From positions 1-59,257 of the forward strand of contig JAJZVP010000001.1 in the NCBI GenBank assembly GCA_021845615.1: a stretch of 59,257 bases of DNA, read 5' to 3'. A model generated the notes under the pieces. It saw only the letters and a program-made list of their open reading frames with translations, made no database searches and was not told the DNA's origin. Source of the stretch: a bacterium. Its GTDB lineage: Bacteria; Vulcanimicrobiota; Vulcanimicrobiia; Vulcanimicrobiales; Vulcanimicrobiaceae. Numbering within the stretch: position 1 is the stretch's first letter; each line of letters begins with the position of its first letter. Made by a program: the position numbers and the translations under genes. Positions 54,406 to 59,257 of the stretch are shown piece after piece.

Positions 54406-55593
54406 ATCATCTCTACCACCGAACTCGCCCATCCGCAGGGCGAAGAAGAAGATCAGCTCGCGCTCGAGCAGCGTCTTTACGAAGAATCGCTGCGCGTTCT
54501 CGACGAAGGCCAAGTTCTCAACGGCATGATCGTGCAGAAAGACAAAGACGAGTTTCTCGTCGATGTCGGCGGCAAATCGGAAGGCGTATTGCCGTTCCGC
54601 GAGTTGTCGCTCGCGATCGACCCGAAGAGCCTCAAAGTTGGGGACTCGCTCGAAGTGATGATCCATCGCATCGACGAGCTCGACGGAACCCTCTTCCTCT
54701 CCGAACGTCGCGCGCGCGCGCTCAAGACGTGGGAGAAAGTCATCGAATCGCACGAACGCGATGAAGTGATCGAAGCGACGGTCACGCAAGTGGTCAAGGG
54801 CGGCGTTCTCGTCGACCTCGGTATGCGCGGCTTCGTTCCCGCTTCGCAGATTCGCCGCCAACCGGTCGGCAATCTCGAAGAGACGATCGGCCAGCAGCTT
54901 CGGCTGAAGGTGATCGATCTCGACCACAAGCGCCACCGCGTCGTTCTCTCGCAGCGTCTCGTCCTCGAAGAAGAGATGCAGGCGAAGAAGCAAGAGCTGC
55001 TCGGCATGCTCGAAGTCGGACAAATTCGCGAAGGCGTCGTCGTTCGGCTCGCCGATTTCGGCGCGTTCGTCGACCTCGGCGGCATCGACGGGCTGATCCA
55101 CAACAGCGAGCTCTCGTACGCTCGCATCAAGCATCCTTCGGAAGTCGTGAAGATCGGCGATGTCGTCAACGTCGAGATCATGAAGTTCGATCAAGATGCG
55201 AAGAAAGTCAGCCTCTCGCTCAAACACGCGTTGCCCGATCCTTGGGATCAGCACGCCGACAAGATCTACGAAACCAACCAACTCACCGCGCAGATCGTCA
55301 AAGTGACGCCGAATTATCTCCTGGTGGAGATCGTTCCCGGCATTTTAGCGATGGTGCCCAAAGGCGAGTTCGACGGTGCTGCAAATTACGCGCAGGGACA
55401 GGACGTCAGCGTCACGCTGCTCACCGTCAATCACGCGACGCGCCGCATCACGGCCTCGATCCAGCACGTTGCGGATATTCCGTTGGAAGAGATCGAAGCG
55501 ATCGCAATCGACGAGGAAGCCGAGATCGGCCTTCCCGCAGTCGAAGCGGCGAATCCGGAGGCCGCCGCCTCCGAAAGCGAACCCACCGCGTAA
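54406..55593 (+). CDS. rpsA: 30S ribosomal protein S1 (four S1 domains); start codon uncertain
   Basis: Repeated S1 motifs. The first ATG is 54526, but conserved N-terminal sequence (LYEESLRVLDEGQVLNG) lies upstream in frame. 54406 is an ATC preceded by AAAGGCAGGA. Confidence 0.8.
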   Translation: MISTTELAHPQGEEEDQLALEQRLYEESLRVLDEGQVLNGMIVQKDKDEFLVDVGGKSEGVLPFRELSLAIDPKSLKVGDSLEVMIHRIDELDGTLFLSERRARALKTWEKVIESHERDEVIEATVTQVVKGGVLVDLGMRGFVPASQIRRQPVGNLEETIGQQLRLKVIDLDHKRHRVVLSQRLVLEEEMQAKKQELLGMLEVGQIREGVVVRLADFGAFVDLGGIDGLIHNSELSYARIKHPSEVVKIGDVVNVEIMKFDQDAKKVSLSLKHALPDPWDQHADKIYETNQLTAQIVKVTPNYLLVEIVPGILAMVPKGEFDGAANYAQGQDVSVTLLTVNHATRRITASIQHVADIPLEEIEAIAIDEEAEIGLPAVEAANPEAAASESEPTA

Positions 55594-55618
55594 GCGGCTT
55601 TCGCGAAATCGGCAAAAC

Positions 55619-55650
55619 GAGAGGGGAACGCGGGAACGCGTTCCCCTCTC
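55619..55650 (+). terminator. 14-bp perfect stem hairpin after rpsA (GAGAGGGGAACGCG-GGAA-CGCGTTCCCCTCTC)
   Basis: Read directly. There is no clear U-tract afterwards, so it may be an attenuator or stabiliser rather than a strong terminator. Confidence 0.45.
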
Positions 55651-55666
55651 TGCGTATGAAGCGGCT

Positions 55667-56257
55667 ATGCGAATTGGATTGACCGGCGGAATCGGAAGCG
55701 GAAAGAGCGAGGTCGCCGCGGAGTTCGAGCGGTGCGGTGCATTCGTGATCGATACCGACGAGGTGGCGCGCGAAGCGGTCGCGCCGGGAAGCCCGGCGTT
55801 GGCGGAGATCGCACGCCACTGGCCCGCCGCCGTCGTCGGAGGTTCGCTCGACCGCGCGGCGCTTGCAGCGGCGGTCTTCGAAAGCGATGCCGAACGGTTG
55901 CGCCTCAACGGCATCCTCCACCCCGAGATTCGACGGATCGCGTTCGCCCGCGAGCGCGATGCCGCGCCGGGGCAACTCGTGGTGCACGTCGTGCCGTTGC
56001 TCTTCGAAAGCAACTACGCTCGTCTCGTCGATCGCACCGTGCTGGTGATCGCTCCGCCGGAGCGGCGCGTCGAGCGCGTGATGGCGCGCGATCGCGCGCA
56101 ACGCGACGCGGTGCTCGCACGCATGCGCGCGCAGATCGATCCGGAGGAAGCGCGCGCGCTCGCCGACGAGGTTATCGAGAACGACGGGGATGTGGAGCGA
56201 TTGCGGGAGCGCAGTCGCGCGCTGTACCATCGGTTCGTAGCGGCGCGGAGCGGCTAA
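55667..56257 (+). CDS. coaE: dephospho-CoA kinase
   Basis: MRIGLTGGIGSGKSEV P-loop; ~196 aa. Confidence 0.88.
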   Translation: MRIGLTGGIGSGKSEVAAEFERCGAFVIDTDEVAREAVAPGSPALAEIARHWPAAVVGGSLDRAALAAAVFESDAERLRLNGILHPEIRRIAFARERDAAPGQLVVHVVPLLFESNYARLVDRTVLVIAPPERRVERVMARDRAQRDAVLARMRAQIDPEEARALADEVIENDGDVERLRERSRALYHRFVAARSG

Positions 56258-56900
56258 CGGCGAATCCGCGTACGCCGCGCAACGAGGTGACTTGTCCGCG
56301 CACGACGATGCAACGCCCCACGGCGATGCCGCGCACGATCCGCGAGAGCTGGAGCGAATGCCCCGCAGCGCCGAGCGAATCGCGGTCGGCATCGAGCGTT
56401 CCCGCGATCGTGGCGACGCTTCCGACGGGCAGGGCCGCGACCGCACTCGGTGCGAGCGGAGCGATAAGGCGCAGCGTTCGCGCGGCGCGCAAGCGAACGC
56501 CGACGCCTTCGATCTCCGCCACGACGCGGTAACGCCCCTGCGCCGGGCTCGTTCCGTCCGCCGCGAGTGCGTTCCACACGTAGGTGACGAAGACCGACGC
56601 GCCGGGCGCGATGTTGCGCGCGTGCGTTCCGCGCGACGACGCCGCGCGCGACGTCGAGACGCGCGCCGAATGCCAGATCTTTTTTTTGCCGCGATAGATT
56701 GTGATGAAGTATTCGTTCGGAGATGCGAATGCGACGTCGCGCCGACGCTCGCTCGGATTATCGACGATGAGTTGGATGCCGACGGGATCGAGCAGATCGA
56801 AGCTCGTGCGCGCGAAGCGCAGCGAGAGCGCGAGCGGGGGCTGCGGCGCGACGGCGAGGAGGGCGAGAGCGGCGACGAGCGCTGGAAGGCGGCGGTTCAC
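56172..56900 (-). CDS. exported protein, BsuPI-like (Ig-fold proteinase-inhibitor-like) domain
   Basis: Signal peptide. FASPNEYFITIYRGKKKIWHS...IAPGASVFVTYVWN pattern. The 3' end overlaps coaE convergently by 86 nt, so the true stop region may be non-functional tail. Confidence 0.4.
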   Translation of the reverse strand: MNRRLPALVAALALLAVAPQPPLALSLRFARTSFDLLDPVGIQLIVDNPSERRRDVAFASPNEYFITIYRGKKKIWHSARVSTSRAASSRGTHARNIAPGASVFVTYVWNALAADGTSPAQGRYRVVAEIEGVGVRLRAARTLRLIAPLAPSAVAALPVGSVATIAGTLDADRDSLGAAGHSLQLSRIVRGIAVGRCIVVRGQVTSLRGVRGFAVSRSAPLRTDGTARDCAPAIAPHPRRSR

Positions 56901-58300
56901 GATCGTTCCAGAATGCGCCCCGGATAGGCGATCTCCCCCGTCGCCTCGCCGTAGACCGCGCTGCCGTTTACGAAAACGCTACGAATGCCGACGGGCGCCT
57001 GGGCGGGGCGTTCGTAGGTGCCGGTATCGGCGAGCGCCCGTTCGTCGAGCAACACCAGATCGGCGAATGCGCCCTCGCGAATCTCGCCGCGATCGCGAAG
57101 GCCGAAGATGCGCGCGGGGAGTGCGCTGCAGCGGCGGATCGCTTCCTCGAACGAGAGCGTTCGGCGCATGCGAACGAAGCGCGCGAAGAGGCGCGGGAAA
57201 CTGCCGAACGCGCGCGGGTGCGCGAGGCGGAACGGATCCTCCGCGAAGGAACGGCTCGCATCGCCGCTGCCGATGCAGGCGAATTCCGCCGAGAGGATCG
57301 CGGCGACGTCATCTTCGTTCAGCGAACGGTGCAACAACGGCGTCTCGGCGCCGAGCTCGTCAAGCAATTCGATCGCCGCGCGCTCCGGAGAGAGCCGTCG
57401 GCGTGCCGCGATCGCTTCGATGCTGGCGCCGAGTTCGGAGAGGGCGCGCTCGTCGCGGACGGCGCGAACCGAGATCTCGCCCCAGCGATCGCCGTAGCGC
57501 AGGCGCGCGTGGAACATCGCCGCAATGGTTTCCTCGTCGCGGCGCGCCCCGGCGTTCGTTGCGGGCGGAAAGAGCGCGCCGAGCGGCTCTTCGTCAGCGA
57601 TGTAGGGAAAGAGATCGCAACTCACCGGCATGCCGCGCGTTCGTTCCGCATCGATGCGCTCGAGGGCGACGTGCACGAGCGCGCGATCCTCGCCGTACGC
57701 GTACGAAAAATGCGAGATATGGAGCGGCATCTCGGTGCGCCGCGCGAGGGCGATCGCTTCGTCGAGCGCCGGAAGCAACGCGCGCTCGCGATCGCGCAGG
57801 TGCGCGACGAGCGGAATCCCCGCATCCTTGGCGACGCGCAGCGCTTCTTCGGAGGGCGGCGGCTCGCCAAATCGCACGCTCAGGCCGCAGGCGCCCCGCT
57901 CGATCTCTTCGCGCAGCGCCGGGGCGACGAGTGCGAGATTGAGCCGGAGCGAGCCCCGGAGATCGGCCGCTTGCTCGGCGAGAACGCTGCGATTGCAGGC
58001 GCCTTCTACGGCGGTGGTGATCCCTTGAGCGAGCGCGCCCGCGGAACTTCGAGGCTCGAACCATCGTTGCTCTGAGTGTGCGTGCACGTCGATGAAACCC
58101 GGCGCGAGAACCAGCGCCCGTGCGTCGATTCGTTGCCGCGCTTCGAGATCCGAGCAGTCGCCGACCCTCGCGATCCGCTCTCCGATGAGGGCGATATCGG
58201 TGGAAAAGCGCTTTCCCCCACCTCCATCCACAACGCTCGCCTTCTCGAAAATCACTTTGAGCAATTTTGAGGGCTTTCTGAATGACGAAAGAGGCGACAT
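56897..58300 (-). CDS. amidohydrolase family protein, N-acyl-D-amino-acid deacylase (D-aminoacylase)-like
   Basis: VVDGGGG...DIALIGERIARVG...LAPGFIDVHAHSE metal-binding HxH; 467 aa. Confidence 0.75.
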   Translation of the reverse strand: MSPLSSFRKPSKLLKVIFEKASVVDGGGGKRFSTDIALIGERIARVGDCSDLEARQRIDARALVLAPGFIDVHAHSEQRWFEPRSSAGALAQGITTAVEGACNRSVLAEQAADLRGSLRLNLALVAPALREEIERGACGLSVRFGEPPPSEEALRVAKDAGIPLVAHLRDRERALLPALDEAIALARRTEMPLHISHFSYAYGEDRALVHVALERIDAERTRGMPVSCDLFPYIADEEPLGALFPPATNAGARRDEETIAAMFHARLRYGDRWGEISVRAVRDERALSELGASIEAIAARRRLSPERAAIELLDELGAETPLLHRSLNEDDVAAILSAEFACIGSGDASRSFAEDPFRLAHPRAFGSFPRLFARFVRMRRTLSFEEAIRRCSALPARIFGLRDRGEIREGAFADLVLLDERALADTGTYERPAQAPVGIRSVFVNGSAVYGEATGEIAYPGRILERS

Positions 58301-58349
58301 GGGACTAGCATCGACAGAGACCTACATTCGAGTAAAGGAGACCAGCATC

Positions 58350-58610
58350 ATGGCTGAGTCGGATAGGCCGCGCGAGGATTCCGGCGGTATGAGCGTTCGC
58401 GAAGCGGGTCGCCGTGGCGGCGAGCGCGTGAAAGCGAAGTACGGCCCGGAGTTCTACGAGGCGATCGGCCGCAAAGGTGGCCAATCAACGAAGAAAAAGT
58501 ACGGCGCTGCTTTCTACGAAAGCATCGGTCAGAAAGGCGGCCAAACGCCTAAGGCGCGCCGCGACGCGAGCGAAGCCGCACCCGTAGGGCGCGAAACGAA
58601 GCCCGAATAA
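58350..58610 (+). CDS. KGG-repeat general stress protein (YciG-like)
   Basis: Start at MAESD with an AAGGAG SD. Repeats GRKGGQSTKKKYG and GQKGGQT. Confidence 0.7.
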   Translation: MAESDRPREDSGGMSVREAGRRGGERVKAKYGPEFYEAIGRKGGQSTKKKYGAAFYESIGQKGGQTPKARRDASEAAPVGRETKPE

Positions 58611-58620
58611 GGCTTCCGGG

Positions 58621-59145
58621 TTAGTGAGTGCAGGCGCCGCGCGCTAACAGCCGCCGCGCCTCCCGCTCCAGCTCCCGCCGCGAGCCGCCACCATCGGCGA
58701 TCAACGTCATCACCGCGCCGCGTTTGCTCGTCCAAGCGATATTTTCGTGCATAAATATCACCGGAACGCATGGCGTGGCGGTGATATCCTTGGTGATGAA
58801 ATTGAGTTGATATCCTTGCTTCGGCCACTGCGATAGAATCACGCGCGTGCCCGATGGTGCGACGTATTCGATGCCGACGCCGCGATTGGCCGGCGTATCG
58901 GGGCCGCCGAGGGCGGGTAACGCCGCGTAGGCGAGCGGATCGGGCACCGGCATGAAGGGACGGAGATCGACGTTCCGGCGTAATTTCGCGAGCGACATGA
59001 TCGTACCGCGTTCGTCGAGCAGCAGCGGCGGGCCGCTCGGCGTCGCCGCCGGCGAAGGTGCGTGGCGCCCGGAGCAGGCCGCAACAACGAGTGCGAGCGC
59101 GATTCCGAACGCGACGGAGCGAGCGTTACGAAGCGAGACGTTCAC
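58621..59145 (-). CDS. hypothetical lipoprotein
   Basis: Lipobox ALALVVAAC; 174 aa. No family recognised with confidence. Confidence 0.5.
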   Translation of the reverse strand: MNVSLRNARSVAFGIALALVVAACSGRHAPSPAATPSGPPLLLDERGTIMSLAKLRRNVDLRPFMPVPDPLAYAALPALGGPDTPANRGVGIEYVAPSGTRVILSQWPKQGYQLNFITKDITATPCVPVIFMHENIAWTSKRGAVMTLIADGGGSRRELEREARRLLARGACTH

Positions 59146-59154
59146 GCGCGCGCC

Positions 59155-59257
59155 TTCAATGGGCGACGACGATGTTCCCGCTGACCCCGGAGAGCTCGAC
59201 CGCTCCGGTTTTAAAATTCATCGTAATCTTCGCGACTTTCAGGGTCGCCTTGCCGGT
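59155..59257 (-). CDS. 3' end of an unidentified CDS running off the window edge
   Basis: Open frame ...TGKATLKVAKITMNFKTGAVELSGVSGNIVVAH then stop, 10 nt upstream of the lipoprotein start. Coordinates +/- 1 nt. Confidence 0.3.

Noticed and set aside
53596-55281. 561-aa minus-strand ORF
   Set aside because: It is antisense to mutM and rpsA, both of which have unmistakable signatures. The composition is shadow-frame-like.
56701-57942. 413-aa plus-strand ORF extremely rich in Arg
   Set aside because: It is antisense to the D-aminoacylase-like gene. More than a quarter of its residues are Arg, with Ala, Pro and Ser also abundant, and it has no motifs.
1-59257. rRNA, tRNA or tmRNA genes and integrase or att sites flanking the island
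   Set aside because: No cloverleaf-like or rRNA-like conserved stretches were noticed by eye, and no tyrosine or serine recombinase ORF is present. This absence should be confirmed with tRNAscan/Infernal.

Overview
High-GC bacterial chromosomal segment with about 60 protein-coding genes. I saw no rRNA, tRNA or CRISPR array by eye, and all family calls come from motifs read in the translations, with no searches run.

Layout from left to right:
- 1-5.0 kb: two tandem CBM9/DUF5916-like secreted paralogs and a cytochrome P450.
- 5.0-5.6 kb: a MazEF-type toxin-antitoxin pair.
- 5.7-8.6 kb: an lrp-kdd-kamA lysine/beta-lysine cluster.
- 8.7-14.3 kb: a CoxSML/Xdh-type molybdenum hydroxylase with divergent XdhC and MocA-like maturation genes.
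- 14.5-22.6 kb: a tightly coupled six-gene operon on the minus strand (BlaI-like repressor, M56 BlaR1-like protease, adaptor, RND pump, TolC, YtkA-like protein).
- 22.6-36.2 kb: an IS-riddled accessory island carrying two metal modules.
- 36.5-59.3 kb: mostly core genes.

Island detail:
- Mobile elements: ISNCY-like elements, two nested IS3-family elements, an IS66 element, and IS30 and IS3 fragments.
- Metal module 1: CsoR plus two CDF-type transporters.
- Metal module 2: an unusual mer-like operon (ArsR-type regulator, CC-motif membrane protein, exported thioredoxin-fold protein, core-only MerA).

Core region detail: OsmC, an orphan family-5 SBP, Phd/VapC, a GH92-YVTN propeller fusion, pntAA-pntAB-pntB, an FAH-family hydrolase, an MG-domain secreted protein, polA, DUF192, mutM, rpsA, coaE, a D-aminoacylase and a KGG stress protein.

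The most interesting candidates are the non-canonical mer operon and the BlaI/BlaR1-linked RND operon with duplicated Met-motif YtkA-like domains. Many long Arg/Ala-rich ORFs in the track are antisense shadows typical of high-GC DNA and were rejected.
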